From: Abditibacterium sp.
Lineage (GTDB): Bacteria; Armatimonadota; Abditibacteriia; Abditibacteriales; Abditibacteriaceae
Assembly (NCBI GenBank): GCA_965246885.1
Contig: OZ251992.1
Coordinates: 1,984,001-2,048,000, forward strand
Length of the DNA stretch: 64,000 nt
Reading direction: 5' to 3'
The notes under the pieces: model-generated
The model's input: only the letters and a program-made list of their open reading frames with translations
What the model was told of the DNA's origin: nothing
The model's database searches: none
Position numbers and translations under genes: made by a program
In this document: positions 1-9,362 of the stretch, in pieces
Layout of the letters: each line of letters opens with the position of its first letter
Position numbering within the stretch: the first letter of the stretch is position 1

Positions 1-1697
1 GAATAACCGACCATCACTTGCTGCGTGGGCTTTTGCCCGCGCGCCTGTTTTTCGAGGCTCATGCGCGCGACGGGATGCTCCAAAAACGCGCGCAGGATAT
101 CGGCGCTGCCTTCCAAGTCTTCGACCGTCTCAAAGAGCGGCACGACGGGCAGGGCGCACACCAACCCCGCTTCGGTCATGCGCATCAGCCCCGCTTCGCG
201 CGCGAGGACGAATACGACGAGCAGGTCGGACAACGAGCGCGTCATCGAAACAATCAGCGCGCCGACGCCTGAGGCGCCGTAGGTTTCGAGGTGCGTTGCC
301 AAGACACGCAAGCAGTCCAGCGCCGCGCCCGCCTCATTTTCGACGCGCGCGCCGGGGTGCAAAAACGGGCGCGGCGACTTGAGTTCCGCGTTGAGGAAGC
401 GCAGCCGCTCCGCTTCGCTCCACGCGCCGAAACCCTCGCCGTCCAAGCCTGCCGCGCTCATCAGTTGCGAGAGGGCGCGGTCGTGGAAGGCGGAGTTTTG
501 GCGCACATCGAGCGCCGCCAAATGGAAGCCGAAGGTGTCGAGCGCGCGGTAGATGAGCGTCAAGTCCGTTTCGACCAATCGCTGTGCGCCGACGGCTTCA
601 AGGCTCGCGCGCAAAACGTCCAAGTCGGCGCGCAGTTCGTCGGGGAAGCGGTAAAAGCCCGCCTCGTCGCGCAAGACGGGTTGCTCGGCGCGCGTGTCGA
701 GCGGCAAGCGCGCGCCGATAAGCTGCGCCAACTGCCGCCAAGGTTCCTCCTCGTTGTGTTCCAAAATCGCGGGCGCCCGCTCGCCCACGAGCGGCGAAAG
801 TTCGCGGATGCGGTCGAGCAGAAACTGCGGCGGGGTTTGGCCATACACCGACAAGCTCATCTTTTCCGCGAGGCGCTCCAAGCGCCTGTCCAGCACGACA
901 AGCGCGTTCAGGCGCAAGTCGAGCAGGGTTTCGCGCGTCACGTCGGCTGTTACGAGCGCGTGCCCGTCGCGGTCGCCGCCGACCCATGTTCCAAAGCGCA
1001 GCAAGGGAAAGTGCCCGGTTAGCTCGCCCATCGAAAAGCCCGCGTCGCTCCACGCCGACTTGAGCCGCGAGTCCAGCCGAATCAGGGCGTCGGGGAAAAT
1101 CTCGCGCAGGTAATGGTTCACTTGCCGCCGCTCATCGGCGACTTCTGGCTTGGCCAGCAAGATTTCGCCCGTGCGCCACAGCCTCTCCAAAATGGCCTTG
1201 ATGCGACGCCGGATAGAAGCGAGTTCCGATGCCGTGAGAAGCGGGTTTTCGCGCTCGACGAGCGAGCGGAACAGTTCGCGGTGCTGCTCCAACACGGTCA
1301 GCCGCTTCGCTTCGGTCGGGTGCGCCGTCAAGACCGGTTCCACGCGAATAAGGGGCAACTGCCGCGCGATGTCCGACGACGAAAAGCCGTCCCCTTTAAG
1401 CCGCTCGAACGCTTCGCCCCACAAGCCGCGCTCGGCGCTCATGCCTTCCTCGCGCTCGCGCTTGCGCCGCGTTTGTTCGGCAACGTTCTCCTCGACCAAG
1501 TTGAGCAGCTGAAACGCGACCGAAAACGCCTGCCCCAACTTGGGCGGCAAGCAGTCGGGCGAGGGAATCTCGTCCCAAGGCAGCGAGGCCGCGAGTTCTC
1601 CTTGCCCCAAATCGTCCAGCACCTCGCGGAAGCACTGGATAAGGAAGCCAAGATCGTCTTGGATTTTGGAAAACGCGAATGTGGTGAGATCGGACAT
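1..1697 (-). CDS. ppc: Phosphoenolpyruvate carboxylase, 5' part (continues beyond left edge)
   Basis: Not in the ORF track. Manual minus-strand translation from ATG 1697 (MSDLTTFAFSKIQDDLGFL...) contains the PEPC motifs EPVLTAHPTEAKR and LRFGTWVGGDRDG. Confidence 0.93.
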   Translation of the reverse strand, partial: MSDLTTFAFSKIQDDLGFLIQCFREVLDDLGQGELAASLPWDEIPSPDCLPPKLGQAFSVAFQLLNLVEENVAEQTRRKREREEGMSAERGLWGEAFERLKGDGFSSSDIARQLPLIRVEPVLTAHPTEAKRLTVLEQHRELFRSLVERENPLLTASELASIRRRIKAILERLWRTGEILLAKPEVADERRQVNHYLREIFPDALIRLDSRLKSAWSDAGFSMGELTGHFPLLRFGTWVGGDRDGHALVTADVTRETLLDLRLNALVVLDRRLERLAEKMSLSVYGQTPPQFLLDRIRELSPLVGERAPAILEHNEEEPWRQLAQLIGARLPLDTRAEQPVLRDEAGFYRFPDELRADLDVLRASLEAVGAQRLVETDLTLIYRALDTFGFHLAALDVRQNSAFHDRALSQLMSAAGLDGEGFGAWSEAERLRFLNAELKSPRPFLHPGARVENEAGAALDCLRVLATHLETYGASGVGALIVSMTRSLSDLLVVFVLAREAGLMRMTEAGLVCALPVVPLFETVEDLEGSADILRAFLEHPVARMSLEKQARGQKPTQQVMVGY

Positions 1698-1751
1698 AAA
1701 AGCGCGGAAGTGGGGTTTAGCAACCGCGCGTTTCAAGTGGGTTTCGCGGCC

Positions 1752-2216
1752 TCAACCGCGCAACTCGTCGCGCCGGAAGTCGCCCGATTTGCCGCCGGTC
1801 TTTTCTATCAAGACGATGCTTTGGATTTTGAGGGTGTCGTCCACGCCTTTGGTCATGTCGTAGATGGTGAGCAGGGCGGCGGCGACGGCGGTGAGGGCTT
1901 CCATTTCGACGCCGGTTTGTCCGGTGCATTTCACCGTCGCGGTCGCCGTAACGGTGCCACTCTCGGTGTTGCATTGGAAGTCGCAACTCGCGCCGCTAAT
2001 GGAAAGCGGGTGGCAGAGCGGAATGATGGCGGGCGTGTTTTTGGCGGCCATGATGGCGGCGACGCGCGCGGTTTCGAGGGCGTTGCCTTTGGGCAGGGTG
2101 GACTGCGCGACCATGCGCGCGGTCGCGGGCAACATCTGGATGCTACCGCGCGCCGTTGCTTCGCGTTTGGTGAGCGGCTTGTCGCCGACATCCACCATGT
2201 GAGTTTGGGTGTTCAT
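1752..2216 (-). CDS. moaC: Cyclic pyranopterin monophosphate synthase MoaC
   Basis: MVDVGDK, IIPLCHP, TGVEMEAL, IYDMTKG and KTGGKSG motifs. Confidence 0.96.
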   Translation of the reverse strand: MNTQTHMVDVGDKPLTKREATARGSIQMLPATARMVAQSTLPKGNALETARVAAIMAAKNTPAIIPLCHPLSISGASCDFQCNTESGTVTATATVKCTGQTGVEMEALTAVAAALLTIYDMTKGVDDTLKIQSIVLIEKTGGKSGDFRRDELRG

Positions 2217-2219
2217 TTA

Positions 2220-3626
2220 TTACCCGCCCCCGCCGCCAGAACCTTTGATGCCGCCTTTGGTCATCTCTTTGGCATCAAGCAGCGTTTCGAGTTCTTCGGC
2301 GGACAGGTCGGTGTGTTCGAGCGCCACATCTTTGAGGCGGCGACCTTCTTTGTAGGCTTGCTTGGCGAGCGCGGCGCCCTTTTCGTAGCCGATAAGCGGG
2401 TTCAAGACCGTCACCATGATGGGGTTTTTGTCCACGAGGTCGAGCAGCTTGGCGTCTTGGACGGAAAAGCCCGCGATGGCTTTGTCGGCGAGTATCTTCG
2501 AGACGTTGCCAAGCAGGGTGATGGATTGGAGCAGGTTATAGGCGGCGACGGGGAGCATCACGTTGAGTTGGAAGTTGCCACTCGCGTTGCACAGGGCGAT
2601 GGTGGCGTCGTTGCCAATTACCTGCGCGGCGACTTGCATCGTCGCTTCGGGGATGACGGGGTTGATTTTTCCCGGCATGATGCTCGACCCCGGCTGAAGA
2701 GAGGGCAGCACAATTTCGCCCAAGCCCGCCTGCGGGCCGGAGTTCATCCAGCGCAGGTCGTTGGCGATTTTGAAAAGGGCGGTGGCGAGCGTCTTGAGTT
2801 GCCCGCTCATTTCCGTTGCGGCGTCGAGTGTGGCCTGTGCCGCGAAGTGGTTGCGCGCTTCGCGGAAGGGGATGTGCGTCATCTCTTCCAACTGGCGCGC
2901 GACGCGGTGGCCGAACTCCGGGTGCGCGTTGATGCCCGTGCCGACAGCCGTGCCGCCGATGGCGAGTTCTTGCAAACGCGGCAACGACGTAAGGATGCGC
3001 TCGATGCTTTGCTCAACCTGAGCTTTCCACGCGCCGATTTCTTGGCCAAGCGTGATGGGCATCGCGTCCATCAGGTGCGTGCGCCCCGTTTTGACGACGC
3101 CACCCAACTCCCCTTCGCGCTTGGACAGTTCGCCCACCAAATGGCGTAGGGCGGGAATGAGGTTGTCCGCCAACTCCATGCATGCCGCGACGTGGATGGC
3201 GGTGGGAATCACGTCGTTGCTCGATTGGCCCGCGTTCACGTCGTCGTTGGGGTGCACCCGCTCGCCGCTGCCCTCGTTGCCCTGCGAAGCAAGAGCCGCG
3301 ATGACCTCGTTGGCGTTCATGTTCGTCGAAGTGCCGCTTCCGGTTTGGAAAACGTCAACCGGGAACTGTCCGTCGAACTCGCCGCTTGCCACGCGCAGGG
3401 CGGCGCTGGAAATAGCCTCTCCCTTGGCGGGCGCGAGCAGTTCCAGTTCGACGTTGACGCGCGCGCACGCCGCCTTGATGGTCGCCAAAGCGCGGATGAA
3501 CGGGCGCGGAAACGGGATGCCGGACACGGGGAAGTTCTCGACCGCGCGCTGTGTTTGCGCGCCGTAGTGGGCATCGGCGGGCACTTGCATCTCGCCCATC
3601 GAGTCTTTTTCAATGCGGAAGTTCAT
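2220..3626 (-). CDS. fumC: Class II fumarate hydratase
   Basis: RIEKDSMGE start, QTGSGTSTNMN, GRTHLMDA and the GSSIMPGKINP signature; start set at ATG 3626. Confidence 0.95.
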   Translation of the reverse strand: MNFRIEKDSMGEMQVPADAHYGAQTQRAVENFPVSGIPFPRPFIRALATIKAACARVNVELELLAPAKGEAISSAALRVASGEFDGQFPVDVFQTGSGTSTNMNANEVIAALASQGNEGSGERVHPNDDVNAGQSSNDVIPTAIHVAACMELADNLIPALRHLVGELSKREGELGGVVKTGRTHLMDAMPITLGQEIGAWKAQVEQSIERILTSLPRLQELAIGGTAVGTGINAHPEFGHRVARQLEEMTHIPFREARNHFAAQATLDAATEMSGQLKTLATALFKIANDLRWMNSGPQAGLGEIVLPSLQPGSSIMPGKINPVIPEATMQVAAQVIGNDATIALCNASGNFQLNVMLPVAAYNLLQSITLLGNVSKILADKAIAGFSVQDAKLLDLVDKNPIMVTVLNPLIGYEKGAALAKQAYKEGRRLKDVALEHTDLSAEELETLLDAKEMTKGGIKGSGGGGG

Positions 3627-3677
3627 GGTGGTGGTTGGCCCACCGATGAACACGAGCGGTTCGTCTGTGGGCGATGA

Positions 3678-5258
3678 TTACCGGAGCAGTTTGGCGGGTT
3701 TGGGCGCGAGGAGCTTCCAAACCCCTCCGCCTGCGCCCGCGCCGAGGGCGACGACGAGGGCGCGGGCGAGCAAACGCGGCACTTGGTGGGTGGCGTCGGT
3801 ATCGAAGGGCGCGGCGAAATGGGCGGCGAAATGAGCGACTGTCCACGACAACACGCCCGCCGTCGTCGCCAAAATGAGCGAGCGCACAAGGCTCTGGCCC
3901 AAGTTCTTCGCGCCCAGAGTTCCCCACTGCACTTGCAAGCGGCGAGCGAGCAGGGCGGAAAGAATCGTGGTCGTCAAGGCCGCCGCCAGCGCGAGTCCGC
4001 CGCCTCCCGGTAGGCCCAACTGCGCGCCCGCAAAGCCGAGCGGGAAGAACAGCGCGAGCGCAAAGGCGCCTATGCCCACCACGTCGCGGCCCCGATTCGT
4101 CGCGTAAAAGCCGCGCGCGAGCAGTTGTTGCGCGCCCAACGAGGGCAAGCACAGCGCGTAGCAACGCAAGACGAACGCCGTGTCGTGCGCATCCGCCGTT
4201 TTGAACTTGCCGTGCTGCAACACGAGGCGCACGAGCGGGTTCGAGAGCGCGAGTAGCATCGCCGTCGCCCACAGCATCCAGCGCAGGTTGCGCTTGAGCG
4301 CCAAACCGAACTCGCGGCGCATCTGCCCCGCGTCGTTGTCTATCCACAGCCGCGACAGCGTCGGGAGGAGCGCCACTGCCGCGCTCGACGCCAGCAGGTC
4401 GAGCGGCACCTGCATCAGGATGTTGGCGTTATCCAAAGATGTCGTTGCCCCCACGCCGACCAATTTTCCAAATGCGCGCGGCAAGTTGAGCGCAATTATC
4501 TGCCCGCTCGCCAAGCCCAGCACCACCGGCCCCAACGCGCCCAAGACGCGGCGCACGCCTTCCTTTTGCGGCGCCCAGAGCGGCTTGAGGCTCAGCCCAT
4601 TGCGGAGCGCGGCGGGCACCATCACGCCCACCGTCCCCGCCAGCGCCCCGGCCAGCGCGCCCCACGCTTGGAACTCAATATCCTGCCGGTGCCGATGGAA
4701 GGCAATCCCAAAGACGACTATGCCCACATTGAATAGCACCGGTTGGATAGAAAACAGCAGAAAGCGCCGTAGTGCGTTGAAGGTGCCCGCGAACACCCCG
4801 CCCACCACGAACACCCACTGCGCGACCAGCAGAATCCGCAGCGTGTGGAGATACAGCGCCACGTCCCCGGCGTCTTTCCCCGGCGCCAATAAACGGCCTA
4901 TTGGCGTCCACGTTAGCGCAAGAAGCACTAAAGATAACGCGCCAAAGCCAACGGTAATCAGCGTCAAGAGCGCCCGAAACGTTTCGCGCGCTTCCTCTTC
5001 CTCGCCGCCTTGCAAGAGAGAAGTAAAGACAGGCACGAAACCCGTCGCCAACAGTCCGCCCGATATGAGGATGGCGAGGGTGTTGGGAATGTTGAAAGCG
5101 GCATTGTAAGCGTCCGTACTGGGGCCGCGCCCGAAGAAATAGGACGTGACGACGACGCGCGCGAACCCTGTCAGGCGCGACACGAGAATCATCGCCGCCA
5201 CGAGCGCCCCCGCGCGGCCCAAGGACGTTGTTTGATTGATCGAAAGCGTTCGCGTCAT
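3678..5258 (-). CDS. murJ: Lipid II flippase MurJ (MviN)
   Basis: LVSRLTGFARVVV...FG...DAYNAAFNIPN...GFVPVF N-terminus, LLARGFYA, many TM segments; start at MTRTLS (5258) inferred. Confidence 0.88.
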   Translation of the reverse strand: MTRTLSINQTTSLGRAGALVAAMILVSRLTGFARVVVTSYFFGRGPSTDAYNAAFNIPNTLAILISGGLLATGFVPVFTSLLQGGEEEEARETFRALLTLITVGFGALSLVLLALTWTPIGRLLAPGKDAGDVALYLHTLRILLVAQWVFVVGGVFAGTFNALRRFLLFSIQPVLFNVGIVVFGIAFHRHRQDIEFQAWGALAGALAGTVGVMVPAALRNGLSLKPLWAPQKEGVRRVLGALGPVVLGLASGQIIALNLPRAFGKLVGVGATTSLDNANILMQVPLDLLASSAAVALLPTLSRLWIDNDAGQMRREFGLALKRNLRWMLWATAMLLALSNPLVRLVLQHGKFKTADAHDTAFVLRCYALCLPSLGAQQLLARGFYATNRGRDVVGIGAFALALFFPLGFAGAQLGLPGGGGLALAAALTTTILSALLARRLQVQWGTLGAKNLGQSLVRSLILATTAGVLSWTVAHFAAHFAAPFDTDATHQVPRLLARALVVALGAGAGGGVWKLLAPKPAKLLR

Positions 5259-5367
5259 GAATTGGAGGTCTTGAAAAGATACCGCGTTTACCCGAATCGG
5301 GGGAAGCCGGGGCGAAAGCGGCGCTCTTTCCCTTTGCGCGCAAGAGTGATAACATTCCCTCCATTCC

Positions 5368-5655
5368 ATGCAACAATCCCCAACCGCCGACACGCGGCGC
5401 GACCCGGAACTGCTCGCCCTCATTGCGCGCAAAGCCGCCATCTCGCGCGCTGGGGTGCTCCTCATGTTCGCCGTCTACTTCGGCTACATGGGCCTGCTCG
5501 CTTTCGCGCCCCAAGTGTTAGCCGCGCGCGTTGGTCATGCCACCATCGGCATTCCGCTTGGCATCGGCGTCCTCGTTTTCACGTGGCTCCTGACGGGCGC
5601 CTACGTGCGCTGGGCGAACGGCGCCTACGACGCGGTAGTTGCGCGCCAAAAGTAG
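5368..5655 (+). CDS. DUF485 (YjcH-like) small inner-membrane protein, usual partner of ActP
   Basis: Two TM helices, YFGYMGLLAF...TIGIPLGIGV...LTGAYVRWAN..YD pattern. Confidence 0.85.
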   Translation: MQQSPTADTRRDPELLALIARKAAISRAGVLLMFAVYFGYMGLLAFAPQVLAARVGHATIGIPLGIGVLVFTWLLTGAYVRWANGAYDAVVARQK

Positions 5656-5827
5656 CCAAGAGGGGTTTTAGGAAAAAATTTCCGAAATTTCGCCTGAGAG
5701 TGTTTAAAGGGCCGCCGAAATGGGTATAACTCATTCGTCCAGATGGCTCAACGACGGCGGCTCTTCTCCGCACTTACACGAGTCAGTAAGGCTGTGACCA
5801 ACCCCCTCTGCCTCTGGACGCACAGCC

Positions 5828-6619
5828 ATGAATAACCAATTCGTATCGTCAAAGCGTTCCGCGTTTACGCTCATAGAGATTCTCGTGGTCATCGCCATCA
5901 TCGCCATCCTCGCAGCGATTCTCTTCCCCGCTTTCGCCCGCGCCCGTGAGAACGCGCGCCGCGCCTCCTGCCAATCGAACCTCAAGCAAATCGGCCTCGG
6001 TTTGCTCCAATACTCGCAGGACTACGACGAGAAGCTGGTGCCCAGCCAAATCAACATGGCGGGTCAGACGCCCACCGATCCATACCCCTACTGGGTCTAT
6101 CTCATCCAGCCCTACGTCAAGAGTCGCCAGTTGTTCAAGTGCCCTTCTAACCCTTCGCAGCAACCAGCATACTACGACGGCCACTCGACCAACGGCCAAT
6201 CCAACGACAACATTTCCAACAACTACTGCATCAACGAAAGCAGCAGTGACCCCGCCCAACAAGTGACGCACAAATTCGGAACTGGCCCGGCGCTCACCTC
6301 CTTCGTGTCAACGGCCACCACCATCGTGGTCACCGAGAAGGTTGCCACCTCGACACCCAACGACGAGGAGGCCGTGATCCGCATGCAGGAAACTCCCGGC
6401 ATCCGCTCCGGCGACAACCTCTTTGCCGGCCACTTGGCCACCACCAACTACTTGTTCTGCGACGGGCACGTCAAGGCGCTCAAGCCGTTTGCGACCGTTG
6501 ATTCCTCTGTCGGTGGCTCGTCGCCCGTGAATATGTGGACGATAGACAACTCGGTGTTCAACTCCACCGACGCCCCTCAAGTGAAAACCAACTTGGCCGC
6601 CGTCGCCGCCCGCTACTAA
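5828..6619 (+). CDS. Prepilin-type N-terminal cleavage/methylation protein with DUF1559 and H-X9-DG C-terminal motif
   Basis: [47 protein letters not shown] and [15 protein letters not shown]. Confidence 0.93.
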   Translation: MNNQFVSSKRSAFTLIEILVVIAIIAILAAILFPAFARARENARRASCQSNLKQIGLGLLQYSQDYDEKLVPSQINMAGQTPTDPYPYWVYLIQPYVKSRQLFKCPSNPSQQPAYYDGHSTNGQSNDNISNNYCINESSSDPAQQVTHKFGTGPALTSFVSTATTIVVTEKVATSTPNDEEAVIRMQETPGIRSGDNLFAGHLATTNYLFCDGHVKALKPFATVDSSVGGSSPVNMWTIDNSVFNSTDAPQVKTNLAAVAARY

Positions 6620-6640
6620 ACTTGGCTTCCGGTCGAACCC

Positions 6641-6672
6641 AAAGCGGTGGGGCTTTTGCCCCGCCGCTTTTT
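6641..6672 (+). terminator. Intrinsic terminator after the DUF1559 gene
   Basis: aaagcggtggggc-tttt-gccccgccgcttt hairpin ending in a T run. Confidence 0.8.
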
Positions 6673-6775
6673 GCTGTTTGGTGTATCTCGGCAAACTGTC
6701 TCCTTCCTGCTGAACTCAGTTGCTCCGAAGCGTGCGTCAGCCCGTCGCGCCGTCGCGCCAACAAATCAACAAGCC

Positions 6776-8332
6776 ATGCCCACCCAACTCGGCCATTTAT
6801 CGCCCGTCGCTGTCACGTTCTTCTTCTTGTTTATCGGCGTGACGCTGGGCATCACCTATTGGGCCGCGCGGCGCACCAAGACCACCGCCGAGTTCTACGC
6901 GGCGGGCGGCGGGTTGTCCGGCTTTCAAAACGGCCTCGCCTTGGCGGGCGATTATATGAGCGCGGCCAGTTTCTTGGGCATTGCCGGACTGGTTGCAACC
7001 GGTGGGTACGATGGCTTGGTGTACAGCGTCGGCTACCTTGTCGGCTGGCCCGTCGTCATGTTCCTTATCGCGGAGCCGCTCCGCAATCTGGGCAAATACA
7101 CCTTCGCCGATGTCGTCGCCTACCGCTTGCAGCCCCGACCCGTCAAGACAATGGCCGCCATCGGCTCCGTCACCACCGTCGTCATTTACCTGACCGCCCA
7201 GATGGTGGGCGCCGGGAAGCTCATCGAACTGATGTTCGGCCTCTCCTACGAGTCCGCGCTGCTCGGCGTGGGTGCCCTGATGATCGCCTACGTTCTGTTC
7301 GGCGGCATGCTGGCGACGACGTGGGTACAAATCATCAAGGCCGTTCTGCTTATTGGCGGCGCGACGATGCTGGTGCTTCTCGTCTTGAACCACTTTGGCT
7401 GGAGCTACGGCAACTTGTTCGACGCCGTTGCGCGCGTTCCCGGTGGCGATAAGCTCCTCACTCCGGGGCACCTGAAAGTGGCGACCTCGCCCTTCGATCT
7501 TATCTCCCTCGCCGTCGGGCTAATGTTCGGGACGGCGGGCTTGCCGCATATCCTGATGCGCTTTTACACTGTTCCCGATGCGCGCGAAGCGCGCAAGTCG
7601 GTGTGGGTGGCGACGGGGTTCATCGGCTACTTTTACATCCTCACCTTTACCATCGGCTACGGCGCGGCAGCTTTGGTGGCGGCCAAATTTCTCGCCAAGC
7701 CCAAGCCCGGCACGCCCGGCATGGGCACCAACGTTGCGGCGCCCATGCTCGCGGAAATTCTGGGCGGCGGGCCGTTTCTGGGCTTCTTGTGCGCCGTCGC
7801 TTTCGCCACCATCTTGGCAGTTGTGGCGGGCCTCACGCTCGCGGGCGCGTCCGCCATTTCGCACGACCTGTATGCGGGCGTCGTCCGAGGCGGCGCGAGC
7901 GACGAGAAGGCCGAAGTGCGCGTCGCCAAAATCGCCACCGTTGCCCTTGGCGTCGTCGCCGTTGTGTGCGGGTGGCTGTTCAAGGAAGTCAACGTCGCCT
8001 TTATGGTCGGCCTCGCCTTTGCCGTCGCCGCAAGTGCCAACTTCCCGGCGCTCTTCCTGTCGGTCTTTTGGAAGCGATTCACCACACAAGCCGCCGTCGC
8101 CTCAATGGTTGTTGGCCTCACCTCCGCCGTTTTGCTCATCGTCTTGTCGCCCACCGTCTGGACGGATGTCTTGCACCTGACCTCCAAGCCACCCGTGTCG
8201 CTCAAGAACCCCGCGCTGATTTCAATGTCCCTCTCGTTCCTGACCGGTTGGCTCGTGTCGCTCTTTACCCGCGACGAGGCGGCGAGCGCCGGTTTCGAGG
8301 AGCAGCAAATCCGCGCCACTTTCGGCTCCTGA
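6776..8332 (+). CDS. actP: Cation/acetate symporter ActP (sodium:solute symporter family)
   Basis: ITYWAARRTKT..EFYAAGG, NGLALAGDYMSAASFLG, GTAGLPHILMRFYTVPDA; start ATG 6776. Confidence 0.92.
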   Translation: MPTQLGHLSPVAVTFFFLFIGVTLGITYWAARRTKTTAEFYAAGGGLSGFQNGLALAGDYMSAASFLGIAGLVATGGYDGLVYSVGYLVGWPVVMFLIAEPLRNLGKYTFADVVAYRLQPRPVKTMAAIGSVTTVVIYLTAQMVGAGKLIELMFGLSYESALLGVGALMIAYVLFGGMLATTWVQIIKAVLLIGGATMLVLLVLNHFGWSYGNLFDAVARVPGGDKLLTPGHLKVATSPFDLISLAVGLMFGTAGLPHILMRFYTVPDAREARKSVWVATGFIGYFYILTFTIGYGAAALVAAKFLAKPKPGTPGMGTNVAAPMLAEILGGGPFLGFLCAVAFATILAVVAGLTLAGASAISHDLYAGVVRGGASDEKAEVRVAKIATVALGVVAVVCGWLFKEVNVAFMVGLAFAVAASANFPALFLSVFWKRFTTQAAVASMVVGLTSAVLLIVLSPTVWTDVLHLTSKPPVSLKNPALISMSLSFLTGWLVSLFTRDEAASAGFEEQQIRATFGS

Positions 8333-8389
8333 TAAATAATTCCTCGGATAGGGAACATTGCGCGGCGGGTCGCGGTCGAGGGCGGCGTA

Positions 8390-9253
8390 ATGAAACGCAA
8401 AACCTTTGACGCCTCGAAAGCTCCGGCTTGGATCCCGCTCGACAGCGTGCGGGTCGCCTCGCCCTGCCATGCCGACTGGGACGCCATGCGCGGCGACGAC
8501 CGCGCCCGCTTTTGCCCGTCGTGCGCCAAGAACGTCTACAACCTGTCCGCCATGACCGCGCCCGAAGCGCAGGCGCTCCTCGCCGACAAAGCGGGGAGCT
8601 TGTGCGTGCGCTTTTACCAGCGCGAAGACGGCACCATGCTCACGCAAGACTGCCCCGTCGGAGTCGCCGCCCTCAAGGAGCGCTCGCCCTCCTTCGCGCT
8701 GTGGGCGGGCGTCGCCTCGCTTCTCGCAGTAGTCGCTGCCCTCGCGTCGCCCTCCTTCTTGACAGGCGCGCACGCCCAACCGGAAAGCGGCGCCGACCCT
8801 GCGCCTACCGCAACTGCCACACCTCTCTCTGGCCCCGCCATCGTCATGGGCGACGTCGCCGGTGTCGTCTTGCCTACCGCGACCCCGCAACCGCCCACCA
8901 CCGTCACGATGGGCGCGCCCATCCCCCCAACCCCCCCCCCGTTGCCCCCACCGCCCCCCGCTGCAACTCCCGTTGCGCCGCGCGTCTCCATCACCGGCAA
9001 CGTCGCCGTCGCGCCAGTGCCGAGTGCGACACCCGCGCCGGTCAAGCACGTCAGGATGGGCAAGTTCGCCGCGCCCACCCCCAAGCCTGTGCCCACTCCG
9101 ACGCCGTCCGATGCTGTCGCTGTGATGGGAGGCATGAGGCCACCGGTTCCCACCCCCGCCCCCTTAATGGGCCGGATGGTTCGCCCGCATACTCCCAAAG
9201 CGCACGTCCATACTCCCTTCAAAGCGAAGAAGCCGCGCCGCAAGCACGGTTAA
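8390..9253 (+). CDS. Hypothetical membrane protein: Cys-rich N-terminal domain, one TM, Pro-rich tail with repeated MG motifs
   Basis: VASPCHADW...RFCPSCAKNVYNLS...LCVRFYQREDGT..TQDCP, a hydrophobic segment, then P/T-rich repeats. Confidence 0.75.
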   Translation: MKRKTFDASKAPAWIPLDSVRVASPCHADWDAMRGDDRARFCPSCAKNVYNLSAMTAPEAQALLADKAGSLCVRFYQREDGTMLTQDCPVGVAALKERSPSFALWAGVASLLAVVAALASPSFLTGAHAQPESGADPAPTATATPLSGPAIVMGDVAGVVLPTATPQPPTTVTMGAPIPPTPPPLPPPPPAATPVAPRVSITGNVAVAPVPSATPAPVKHVRMGKFAAPTPKPVPTPTPSDAVAVMGGMRPPVPTPAPLMGRMVRPHTPKAHVHTPFKAKKPRRKHG

Positions 9254-9256
9254 AAG

Positions 9257-9362
9257 CAAGCGGCTAAAGTCGCAGCCAGCGAGATTGTCGGCCTTCGCCG
9301 ACAAGCATGCCCATTCGTCAACGACGGTTGACGATCCCACTGGCTGCGACTTTAGCCGCTTG
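9257..9362. repeat. REPIN/MITE-like palindromic element, family A copy 1
   Basis: 23-bp perfect inverted repeat caagcggctaaagtcgcagccag (9257-9279 / 9340-9362) enclosing two small hairpins; second copy at 21028-21137. Confidence 0.88.

Noticed and set aside
1113..3149. 678-aa plus-strand ORF, and similar long ORFs such as 39200-40687, 32381-33571 and 21123-22343
   Set aside because: Antisense shadows of clear genes (ppc/moaC/fumC, kinase, sdhA, AAA ATPase); expected in high-GC DNA and lacking motifs.
8921..8960. Poly-C tract as a phase-variation site
   Set aside because: It encodes a poly-Pro linker in an intact frame; there is no evidence of slippage from a single sequence.
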